Source: Alphaproteobacteria bacterium (lineage in GTDB: Bacteria; Pseudomonadota; Alphaproteobacteria; UBA9219; RFNS01). Taken from it: a stretch of DNA of 56,130 bases. The stretch lies in NCBI GenBank assembly GCA_009927055.1, contig RFNS01000252.1, positions 1 through 56,130 of the forward strand, written 5' to 3'. This document shows, piece after piece, positions 46,495-54,410 of this stretch (its first letter is position 1; every line of letters begins with the position of its first letter). The translations under genes were made by a program, and so were the position numbers. The notes under the pieces were generated by a model that was not told the DNA's origin, searched no databases, and was given only the letters and a program-made list of their open reading frames with translations.

Positions 46495-46731
46495 ATGGCC
46501 AAGAACCCCAAAAGACCGCGTGACCCGAACCAGCTTGCCGCCTTGATAGCGTGGATAGCTACGGGTGAGGTTAAGGACAATTCGCCGGACGAAGGCAAGA
46601 ACCCTGCGGCTGTGGCTCGTGGCAAAAAAGGGGGACTTATAGGTGGCAAGGCTAGAGCCACCAAATTGACGGCAGCACAGAGAAAAAAGATTGCCAAAAA
46701 AGCCATAAAAACTAGATGGGCTAAAGATTAA
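46495..46731 (+). CDS. Passenger gene 1: small basic protein (78 aa) with a KGG/KARA C-terminal motif
   Basis: MAKNPKRPRDPNQLAALIAWIATGE...RGKKGGLIGGKARATKLTAAQRKKIAKKAIKTRW. I have seen this pattern in many small mobile-element-associated ORFs. The function is unknown. Confidence 0.55.
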   Translation: MAKNPKRPRDPNQLAALIAWIATGEVKDNSPDEGKNPAAVARGKKGGLIGGKARATKLTAAQRKKIAKKAIKTRWAKD

Positions 46732-47192
46732 ACTTCTTCTTCCTGATTTTCTTTGGCGTCATCACTACCCTTTTTCCCATTTTTTCGCTTATAGCCAGGA
46801 TACCATTCGATAAGACCGTATTGCCCCCTTTTTACCAATACAACCCCCCCATCTGTTTTTGCTAAACGATGCAATACTGAGCCAACAGTGTTAACAAAAC
46901 TTACCGATGAATGAGTAATGCCACCTTCTTCTAGGAACTGGGCGATTTCGGCAGGGGTTAGTGGCTTTCGTTTCATCCCCATCAATTTACGAATGGCATC
47001 TGGCACGGAAAGGCCGAAGAAAGTGTCATTTTTGATAACATCGTTAATCGTGGCCTTTTCAACTGGTTTTACCGATGTTTGCCCAATAAAAGAGCGAACA
47101 CCATCAATCATTTTGTCGATAGTATCGCGCTTGGCTAAAAGGTCGGCTAAAACAGCGTTGTAATCAATGCCCTGATTTTGGTCGTTTTCCAT
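46728..47192 (-). CDS. Passenger gene 2: hypothetical protein with a HARE-HTH/winged-helix-like C-terminal half
   Basis: 154 aa. LSVPDAIRKLMGMKRKPLTPAEIAQFLEEGGITHSS...VGSVLHRLAKTDGGVVLVKRGQYGLIEW resembles HARE-HTH. It is convergent with passenger 1 and their stops overlap by 4 nt. Confidence 0.5.
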   Translation of the reverse strand: MENDQNQGIDYNAVLADLLAKRDTIDKMIDGVRSFIGQTSVKPVEKATINDVIKNDTFFGLSVPDAIRKLMGMKRKPLTPAEIAQFLEEGGITHSSVSFVNTVGSVLHRLAKTDGGVVLVKRGQYGLIEWYPGYKRKNGKKGSDDAKENQEEEV

Positions 47193-47349
47193 TGACGGAA
47201 TCCCTATAAATCGTTATAAAAAAAACAGAAGGGGCGGGCTAACGCTTCCGCTCCCCCTGTATGGTTCATGGATAGAACCTAGCCTTTTGGGCTGTTACTC
47301 TATTATCATGTACCACCTGCCCTTCTTCGACGTTGGTTAGGATTAAAAT

Positions 47350-47390
47350 ACACCCCCTCAAGCCGCCAGCTTTTGGGGGTGTTTTATTAT
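47350..47390 (+). terminator. Hairpin plus T-run inside the IS, upstream of the transposase gene
   Basis: acaccccc (47350-47357) pairs with gggggtgt (47375-47382), followed by tttatt. It may insulate the transposase from read-through or terminate a small transcript. Confidence 0.35.
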
Positions 47391-47495
47391 TTACCCCTTC
47401 TTAATTTGATTCGCAAGAAAAATTTACACTGAAATTTACAAAATGTTGTAATTGACTATTGACGCATACAACACGTCTCAAGTATAAAAGTCAGT

Positions 47496-48338
47496 ATGAA
47501 CCGACTGACCACAGAACAACGCGCTCAAATCCTGCACTTGTTGTGCGAGGGGAATAGCATACGCGCAGTAACGCGCCTTACTGGGGTAAGCAAAAATACC
47601 GTCACAAAGTTGTTAGTAGACGCTGGTAAGGCGTGTGCTGAATACCAAGACCGCGTGTTTCGTGAATTGCCGTGCAAGAAAATCCAAGTGGATGAAATCT
47701 GGTCATTCGTTTATTCAAAGGCCAAGAATGTGCCTGAAAACAAGCAGGGCGAGGCTGGAGATATTTGGACGTGGACGGCCATTTGCGCTGATACCAAACT
47801 CGTTCCTAGCTGGCTTATTGGTGGGCGTGATGCTGAATATGCCGTGTCATTCATGCGTGACCTTGCCGCCCGTTTATCAAACCGCGTTCAACTGACCAGT
47901 GACGGCCACCGCGCCTATTTGTCTGCCGTGGAAGGTGCGTTTGGTGCGGACGTGGATTATGCCCAGCTTGTGAAAATGTATGGTGACGTGGTGGAAGGCC
48001 GGAAACGCTATAGCCCTGCTGATTGCGTAGGCATTCAGAAAACCAAAATTAGCGGCAATCCTGACCCATGCTGCATCTCAACAAGCTTTGCCGAACGTCA
48101 AAACCTAACGATGCGGATGCACATGCGCCGCTTTACCCGCCTGACCAACGCTTTCAGCAAGAAGATTGAAAACCACGGCTATTCGGTCGCGCTGCATTTC
48201 ATGTATTACAATTTTTGCCGCATTCATCAGTCCCTGCGTGTCACCCCAGCCATGGCCGCTGGCGTAACCAACAAACTTTGGGAAATGGTGGATGTGGTGA
48301 AAATGCTAGAGGACTATGAAAGCAATAATTCAAACTGA
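47496..48338 (+). CDS. IS1-family transposase (fused HTH + DDE, no frameshift)
   Basis: 280 aa. N-terminal HTH (TEQRAQILHLLCEGNSIRAVTRLTGVSKNTV), a DDE region (VDEIWSFV...WTWTAICADTKL...QLTSDGHRAY) and the C-terminal RRFTRLTNAFSKKIENH...YNFCRIH pattern typical of IS1 InsB-like proteins. Confidence 0.8.
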   Translation: MNRLTTEQRAQILHLLCEGNSIRAVTRLTGVSKNTVTKLLVDAGKACAEYQDRVFRELPCKKIQVDEIWSFVYSKAKNVPENKQGEAGDIWTWTAICADTKLVPSWLIGGRDAEYAVSFMRDLAARLSNRVQLTSDGHRAYLSAVEGAFGADVDYAQLVKMYGDVVEGRKRYSPADCVGIQKTKISGNPDPCCISTSFAERQNLTMRMHMRRFTRLTNAFSKKIENHGYSVALHFMYYNFCRIHQSLRVTPAMAAGVTNKLWEMVDVVKMLEDYESNNSN

Positions 48339-48409
48339 CCCACTACCAAGGAAACAAACCAGTTGCCAAGCGCAAAAAGTCACGTTAACAATGCTCCACT
48401 TCAGACTGT

Positions 48410-48485
48410 TCCCCGGTAGCTCAGTCGGTAGAGCATGTGGCTGTTAACCACAGTGTCGGCGGTTCGAGCCCGTCCCGGGGAGCCA
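48410..48485 (+). tRNA. tRNA-Asn (anticodon GUU)
   Basis: TCCCCGGTAGCTCAGTCGGTAGAGCATGTGGCTGTTAACCACAGTGTCGGCGGTTCGAGCCCGTCCCGGGGAGCCA has a CTGTTAA anticodon loop, a GGTTCGAGC T-arm and an encoded CCA. Confidence 0.9.
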
Positions 48486-48546
48486 GAGTTGCCCCACGCG
48501 TTCCAGCATCTCACCATCCCACTCCTACTATCCCCCACGATCCCCG

Positions 48547-48555
48547 TTATCCACA
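48547..48555 (+). promoter_or_regulatory. Perfect consensus DnaA box upstream of dnaB
   Basis: TTATCCACA at 48547-48555, 37 nt before the dnaB ATG. It is a single box only. Confidence 0.3.
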
Positions 48556-48591
48556 ACTGGCCAAGCGGGCCAGAATGGTTATGGTGTATTT

Positions 48592-50094
48592 ATGCCCGAA
48601 GCCGTTGCCCTGCCCGTTGTTGCCCGCCCCCCTGCCGTGGCCGATGCCGCCTATCGCCAACCGCCGCATCATGTTCAAATTGAACAGGCCTTGCTGGGCG
48701 CCATCCTCACCAACAACGCCGCGTTTGAAAAAATTGGCGATTTTTTGAAGGCCATCCATTTTTATGATCCGGCGCATCAGCGCATTTTTGCGGCCATCGA
48801 AACCATGATCGCGCGCGGGCAGATTGCCGAACCACGCACGCTGAAAAACATCTTCGATCAGGATGCCGCGCTGGAAAAACAGGGCGGTGGCGCTTATCTG
48901 GCCGATTTGGCCGCAAACGCCATCAGCATTATTAACGTTGAAGATTTTGGCCGGCAGATTTTTGATGCCTTTCAACGCCGTCAGCTGATTGATATTGGCC
49001 AAGACCTTGTGAATGAATCGTTCACCCAGAATTTAGAAACTGAAGCCACGCAGCTGATTGAGGGCACCGAGCAAAAATTGTTCGAACTGGCCAATGCCGG
49101 CCAGGTGGGGCGCGGTTTTATTAAACTTAATCAGTCGCTGAACAGCGCCATTCGCGCGGCCGAAACAGCCTTTAAGCGCCAAAGCCACGTCACAGGCGTC
49201 ACCACCGGCTTGCGCGATTTAGACAGGCGCCTTGGCGGCCTGCAACGGTCTGATCTTATTATTCTGGCGGGCCGGCCTGGCATGGGCAAAACAGCGCTGG
49301 CCACCAACATTGCGTTTAATGCGGCCAAGGCGTTTGCCAACAGCGGGCAAACCGAGGGCGCGGCCATTGGCTTTTTCACACTCGAAATGTCATCTGAACA
49401 AATCGCCACGCGTTTGCTGGGCGAATATTCTGAAGTGCCTTCTGATAAAATTCGTCGCGGCGATATTCGCGGCGATGATTTTGGACGTTTTCTGGAAGTT
49501 TCAAACTTCATGGCCAGCATTCCGTTTTATATCGATGACACCCCTGCCCTTTCCATCAGCGGCCTGCGCACGCGCGCGCGCCGCATGAAGCGCACAGTGC
49601 CCGATCTGGGGTTGATTGTGGTCGATTATTTACAGCTGCTGCAGGGCAGTGGCAACAGGCGCGATGATAATCGCGTGCTAGAGATCAGCGAAATTACCCG
49701 CGGCCTGAAGGCGCTGGCGAAAGAACTGCACATTCCCATTGTCGCGCTGTCACAGCTTTCGCGCGGTGTTGAAAGCCGCGATGATAAACGCCCGCAGCTG
49801 GCCGATTTGCGCGAGAGTGGCAGTATCGAGCAGGATGCCGACGTGGTGCTGTTTGTGTATCGCGAAGCCTATTACCACGATCAGCGCGAACCCAAACAAA
49901 AAGAAGATGAAACGCCCGAAAAATTTAACGATCGCCACGCCAACTGGCTCTCACGCGGCGAGCAAATTCGCAACCTGGCCGAAGTGATTATTGCGAAAAA
50001 CCGCCACGGCAGCGTAGGCCCCGTGCAACTGCACTTCGATGGCCGCTTCACCCGCTTTACCGATCTTGAAAACCAGATGACGCGTTACGAGTAA
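48592..50094 (+). CDS. dnaB: Replicative DNA helicase
   Basis: 500 aa. PPHHVQIEQALLGAIL, a Walker A (GRPGMGKTALA), a Walker B (LIVVDYLQLL), SQLSR and the RecA-like C-domain. Confidence 0.95.
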   Translation: MPEAVALPVVARPPAVADAAYRQPPHHVQIEQALLGAILTNNAAFEKIGDFLKAIHFYDPAHQRIFAAIETMIARGQIAEPRTLKNIFDQDAALEKQGGGAYLADLAANAISIINVEDFGRQIFDAFQRRQLIDIGQDLVNESFTQNLETEATQLIEGTEQKLFELANAGQVGRGFIKLNQSLNSAIRAAETAFKRQSHVTGVTTGLRDLDRRLGGLQRSDLIILAGRPGMGKTALATNIAFNAAKAFANSGQTEGAAIGFFTLEMSSEQIATRLLGEYSEVPSDKIRRGDIRGDDFGRFLEVSNFMASIPFYIDDTPALSISGLRTRARRMKRTVPDLGLIVVDYLQLLQGSGNRRDDNRVLEISEITRGLKALAKELHIPIVALSQLSRGVESRDDKRPQLADLRESGSIEQDADVVLFVYREAYYHDQREPKQKEDETPEKFNDRHANWLSRGEQIRNLAEVIIAKNRHGSVGPVQLHFDGRFTRFTDLENQMTRYE

Positions 50095-50169
50095 GCCCGC
50101 ACACGCGGCGCAAGACCGGCAAAAAATCAATCCTGCTGCTCAATAACTCTTATTACTGAACAACACACA

Positions 50170-51600
50170 TTACACCCGCTTCAGGCGCTTTCGCTCGGTG
50201 CTGGTGGGGATGTGCAGCGCCTCGCGATATTTGGCCACCGTGCGCCGCGCGATGGGCACACCCTCGGCCGACAGGGCATGGGCCAGCTCATCATCTGATA
50301 AAACTTTGCGCGGGTTTTCGGCATCAATCAGCTGCTTCAGGCGGTGCTTCACCGCTTCGGCCGATTGCGCGCCATCACCGGTGCCAAGACCGTTGGTGAA
50401 AAAATATTTCAGCTCAAACACGCCCCGTGGCGTGGCCATATATTTTTGCGTGGTCACGCGGCTGATGGTGCTTTCGTGCAAGCCTGTGGCTTCGGCCACA
50501 TCGCGCAGCACCATGGGTTTCAGGTGCGAGACGCCATTCACAAAAAACGCATCCTGCCGCGCCACAATCTCAATCGAAACTTTCAAAATCGTCTCGGCCC
50601 GCTGCGCCAGAGATTTCACCAGCCAGTTGGCCTGCTGCCAGCGTTCCGATAAATATCCTTTATCTTGCTTGGTAATGTTGCCCTTGGTCATGTGCACATA
50701 ATATTTTTCATTGGCCAACACGCGGGGCAGCGCGGCGCTGTTCAACTCGACATGCCAGCTGCCACCCGGAATGGGGCGCAGCAGCACATCGGGGATCAGG
50801 GTGGCGGCCACATCATGCGTGAAGGCGGCGGCGGGCTTAGGGTTAAGGCGGCGGATATCGGCCAGCATGTCGGCCACATCGGCCGTATCAACACCACAAA
50901 GGCGAGAAAGCGCCGCCATATCGCGCCGCGCCACCAAATCAAGATGCTGTAAAAAAATCTCAATCGCGGGGTCGAACCTGTTTTGCTCTTTCAATTGCAG
51001 GGTCAAACATTCGGCCAGATTGCGTGCGCCAATACCGCAAGGATCCATGGCCTGAATTTTTTCAATGGCGCGGATAAATGTTTGTTCATCGGCGCCCAGC
51101 TGCGCGCGCGCCACATGCAAATCGGGCGGCAAATATCCTGCGTCATCCAGCAATTCAATCAACGCCGCCACCACCATTTTTTCGGCCGCATCGGCCACAT
51201 CAATTTCCATTTGCTGATGCAGATGATCGCGCAGGCTGGGCCGCTCGCTGATGTGTGAAAGCCCCTCACAGTCATCATCAAACGGGGCGGCACTGCTTTT
51301 GGAAAGATGCGCGCTGTCATCGCTCCAAGGACTATCCCAAGGACTATCATCGCCAAAATTTTCGGTGCCTTCAAACGAGACATCGCCGTTCAGCCCCTCA
51401 GGCGCGGCTTCGGCGGTGGTGTCGCTGGTGGTGCGATCATCATCGGCTTTTTCCAGCAGGGGGTTGGTTTCCATTTCGGTGGCCACAAAGGCCGCCAACT
51501 CTTGCGAGGACATTTGCAGCAGCTTAATGGCCTGCTGCAGCTGGGGGGTCATGACCAGCTGTTGCGATTGCGAGAGCGAAAGTTGCTGCGAGAGTGCCAT
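50170..51600 (-). CDS. rpoN: RNA polymerase sigma-54 factor
   Basis: 476 aa. N-terminal Gln-rich region I (LSLSQSQQLVMTPQLQQAIKLLQMS), an acidic region II and a C-terminal RpoN box (ARRTVAKYRE). Confidence 0.95.
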   Translation of the reverse strand: MALSQQLSLSQSQQLVMTPQLQQAIKLLQMSSQELAAFVATEMETNPLLEKADDDRTTSDTTAEAAPEGLNGDVSFEGTENFGDDSPWDSPWSDDSAHLSKSSAAPFDDDCEGLSHISERPSLRDHLHQQMEIDVADAAEKMVVAALIELLDDAGYLPPDLHVARAQLGADEQTFIRAIEKIQAMDPCGIGARNLAECLTLQLKEQNRFDPAIEIFLQHLDLVARRDMAALSRLCGVDTADVADMLADIRRLNPKPAAAFTHDVAATLIPDVLLRPIPGGSWHVELNSAALPRVLANEKYYVHMTKGNITKQDKGYLSERWQQANWLVKSLAQRAETILKVSIEIVARQDAFFVNGVSHLKPMVLRDVAEATGLHESTISRVTTQKYMATPRGVFELKYFFTNGLGTGDGAQSAEAVKHRLKQLIDAENPRKVLSDDELAHALSAEGVPIARRTVAKYREALHIPTSTERKRLKRV

Positions 51601-51663
51601 AGCCTTTTCAGGCTAAGGCCGCGCGGTTAGCAGCAGGTTAATGCAAATTGTGGGCCAGAGATA

Positions 51664-52005
51664 TTAATTTCCGAGACCTAACTGGGGTATCTGACTGAGT
51701 CCCTCTTTTACTAGGCCTGGATCGGCTTGCTTGCCATCCACTTTAACATCTAAATTCGCAAAAGGTTTTCCGGCTTGTTGCTTCAAGTTTATAACCGTTT
51801 TTGGGCTTGCATTCAAACTTCCATCAGGCTCAAATCTTGGTGGTTGCTGGTCTGACACTTCAACACGCACATGTGCGGCTCCGTTTCGATGAGCTGAACC
51901 CACTACATCATACCCATGTCCGTTAGCTTTTAATTCCACTCTCCCGGACTTGTGTCGCATTACCAACGCTTGAGCCCCACTACCCGATGAATATGTTCCA
52001 CCCAT
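51664..52005 (-). CDS. Hypothetical 113-aa protein (AT-richer singleton islet)
   Basis: GGAGG lies 5 nt upstream of the ATG at 52005. It has no TM segment or signal peptide, and I recognise no family. The gene is wedged between rpoN and rlmN. Confidence 0.5.
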   Translation of the reverse strand: MGGTYSSGSGAQALVMRHKSGRVELKANGHGYDVVGSAHRNGAAHVRVEVSDQQPPRFEPDGSLNASPKTVINLKQQAGKPFANLDVKVDGKQADPGLVKEGLSQIPQLGLGN

Positions 52006-52094
52006 CATCCCCTCCAAAAAAAGTTGTTTCAAAATGATGGTAGTCGAAAGATACTAAAAACTAGCGAATAGAAGTAAACAAAAATTAGCCTTGA

Positions 52095-53219
52095 TTATAA
52101 CACCTGCGCCACTGCTTCCTTCTCCCTCAGCACGCGTTCAATCTCGGCGCGCTGGGCGGCGGTAGGGCGCAGGCTGGCGCTTTTTAACTGGCCACAGGCG
52201 GCCAGAATATCGCGCCCGCGGGGCGTGCGCACCGGGCTGGCGTAGCCGGCGCGGTTCACAATATCTGAAAATGTCTCAATCCGTTCATCGGTGCTGCATT
52301 CAAACGGCGCGCCCGGCCAGGCGTTGAAGGGAATAAGGTTCACCTTGGCATGAATGCCCGACAAAAGCTTGACCAGCGCCCGCGCATCGGCATCGCTGTC
52401 GTTCACACCCTTCAGCATCACATATTCAAACGTAATTCGCCGCGCGTTGGAAAGGCCCGGATAAGTGCGGCACGCCTGCAGCAACTCCTCCAGCGGATAT
52501 TTTTTATTGAGGGGAATGATGGCGCTTCGCAACTCATTATTCGTGGCATGCAGGCTGATGGCCAGGTTCACCCCCAGCTCGGCCCCGCAGCGCGCAATCA
52601 TGGGCACCACGCCGCTGGTCGACAGCGTAATTTTCCGCTTTGAAATGGCAATGCCGTGGCCATCCATAATCAATCTCAACGCCTCGGCCACATTCTCATA
52701 ATTATACAATGGCTCGCCCATGCCCATCAGCACAATGTTGCTCAGCATGCGTTCATCTTTGGTGCTGGGCCATTCGCCCAGCGCATCGCGCGCCAGCATC
52801 ACCTGCCCCACAATCTCGGCTGCGGTTAAATTGCGCACCAGTTTTTGCGTGCCCGTATGACAAAACCGGCACGTGAGTGTGCACCCCACCTGCGAACTGA
52901 TGCACAGCGTGCCCCTGTCTTCCTCTGGAATATGCACCATCTCAATCAAATTTCCGTCGGCCAGCTTCAGCAGCCATTTTTGCGTGCCATCGACCGATTG
53001 TTGGTGCTGGGCGATGTCAGGTCGCGCCAAGGTATAATGCTGCGCCAAAATCTGCCGCACGGGCTTGGCCAAATTGGTCATCTGCTCAAAATCACGCGCG
53101 CCGTGGCAATACATCCAGCTGAACAGCTGCTTGGCCCGAAAGGCGGGCAGGCCGTGGGTGGCCAGCGCTTCGGCCAGCTGGGTCTGCGTCAGGCCAAGAA
53201 GATTGATGGGTTGGGTCAT
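52095..53219 (-). CDS. rlmN: 23S rRNA/tRNA (adenine-C2)-methyltransferase, radical SAM
   Basis: 374 aa with [18 protein letters not shown] (CxxxCxxC), MGMGEPL and [12 protein letters not shown]. Confidence 0.93.
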   Translation of the reverse strand: MTQPINLLGLTQTQLAEALATHGLPAFRAKQLFSWMYCHGARDFEQMTNLAKPVRQILAQHYTLARPDIAQHQQSVDGTQKWLLKLADGNLIEMVHIPEEDRGTLCISSQVGCTLTCRFCHTGTQKLVRNLTAAEIVGQVMLARDALGEWPSTKDERMLSNIVLMGMGEPLYNYENVAEALRLIMDGHGIAISKRKITLSTSGVVPMIARCGAELGVNLAISLHATNNELRSAIIPLNKKYPLEELLQACRTYPGLSNARRITFEYVMLKGVNDSDADARALVKLLSGIHAKVNLIPFNAWPGAPFECSTDERIETFSDIVNRAGYASPVRTPRGRDILAACGQLKSASLRPTAAQRAEIERVLREKEAVAQVL

Positions 53220-53312
53220 AAACGGGTTTTAAGCCTTTTAAGCGGGTTTTTCAAAGCTTTCGTGTGGTTAACGCAGGTTCACCGAATTTTAAGGCCCGTG
53301 TGGCATGGTCAG

Positions 53313-54350
53313 ATGATCCGGACGATCATGAGTCAGCAAGAACATCACTGGGCGCGACAGGCGCTCCAACGCCTTGAAAAAGAGGGGCTTCCGCCCCTGC
53401 CCAAGTTTTATGAGATGTTTTATATCTATTACGCAGGCAAAAATGCCAACCTGCAAATGGCCATTGATACGCTGGCGCGTGAGTTTGGCAGCATCACCAT
53501 GCAGCAGTGCGAAAACATTTATAACGCGCATCTGGGCATTGATAACGAGCACAAAGCGCTGAACGACGCCAACACCGCCCTGGAAGCCGAGTTGAAAAAA
53601 GTGATGACGATGATTGATGAAGCATCATCGGGCACGAAAAAATTTGATGCGACGCTGACCAGCTTTGCGGGCGATTTGAATCAGGAAAAGCCGCAAATCG
53701 ATATGCTGAAAATTGTGGTGGCGCGCGTGGCGCAAGAAACAAAAACCATGGCCGATCAGAACAAGCGCTTGCAGGAACGTTTGAAAGATTCCACCGATCA
53801 GATCAGCGAACTGCGATTTAATTTGGATAAAACACGGCAGGAAAGTTTGCAAGATCCGCTGACCGAAGTGGGCAACCGCAAGTTTTTCGATGCCGAGGTT
53901 GAACGATTGGTGAAAGAAGCCGCCACCAACGGCGAACCCCTCAGCCTTTGCATGATCGATATCGATTTCTTCAAAAAATTTAATGATAACTACGGGCATC
54001 AGGTGGGCGATCAGGTTCTGAAACTGGTGGGTCGCACACTGAAAGAAAACGTGAAAGGCCGCGACGTTGTGGCCCGCTATGGTGGCGAAGAATTTGCCGT
54101 TCTTCTGCCGCAAACACGCCTGGAAGATGCCGGGCGCGTGGCCAACCTTTTGCGCATCAGCGTGGGCAACAAACGCATTACGCGCAAAAACACGCAAGAA
54201 ACGCTGGGCACCATTACGCTTTCGGTGGGTGTGACGCAGTACAGAATTGGCGAAACAGTGGGCACCATGATTGAACGGGCCGATACGGCCCTGTACAAAG
54301 CCAAAGGCGATGGTCGCAACCAGGTGGCCATGGCCGTCCTGCCGCAGTAG
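53313..54350 (+). CDS. Diguanylate cyclase (GGDEF) with an N-terminal coiled-coil sensor-less region
   Basis: Start at MIRTIM (53313) or MSQQEH (53328). The upstream part of the track ORF is antisense to rlmN. The GGDEF domain shows DIDFFKKFNDNYGH, RYGGEEFAVLL (GGEEF) and an ALYKAKGDGRN tail. Confidence 0.85.
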   Translation: MIRTIMSQQEHHWARQALQRLEKEGLPPLPKFYEMFYIYYAGKNANLQMAIDTLAREFGSITMQQCENIYNAHLGIDNEHKALNDANTALEAELKKVMTMIDEASSGTKKFDATLTSFAGDLNQEKPQIDMLKIVVARVAQETKTMADQNKRLQERLKDSTDQISELRFNLDKTRQESLQDPLTEVGNRKFFDAEVERLVKEAATNGEPLSLCMIDIDFFKKFNDNYGHQVGDQVLKLVGRTLKENVKGRDVVARYGGEEFAVLLPQTRLEDAGRVANLLRISVGNKRITRKNTQETLGTITLSVGVTQYRIGETVGTMIERADTALYKAKGDGRNQVAMAVLPQ

Positions 54351-54410
54351 CGTCCTTGGGTCAAGAAAACATTTTTTTGCGTCCATCCGCAAAGCAGATA
54401 GACTTGCGAC

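Larger units (their letters stand above)
46421..48347 (+). mobile_element. IS1-family (single-ORF, ISMhu11-like) insertion sequence carrying two passenger genes
   Basis: Perfect 19-bp terminal inverted repeats: GGTAGTGGGTCAGTTTGAA at 46421-46439, and its reverse complement at 48329-48347. They are flanked by an 8-bp direct target duplication, AAGGAAAC, at 46413-46420 and 48348-48355. The transposase stop lies inside the right IR. Confidence 0.85.

Noticed and set aside
46233-46706. 157-aa minus-strand ORF
   Set aside because: It spans the tRNA-Leu 5' end, the hairpin repeat, the half-tRNA copy, the IS left inverted repeat and the antisense of passenger gene 1. It cannot be a real gene.
45243-48409. 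A classical tRNA-associated genomic island with an integrase
   Set aside because: No tyrosine or serine recombinase ORF is present anywhere between DAHP synthase and dnaB. The only mobility gene is the IS1-family transposase, which has its own IRs and TSD.
48435-48748. Plus-strand ORFs 48435-48683 and 48437-48748
   Set aside because: They start inside tRNA-Asn and run into the dnaB 5' region in other frames.
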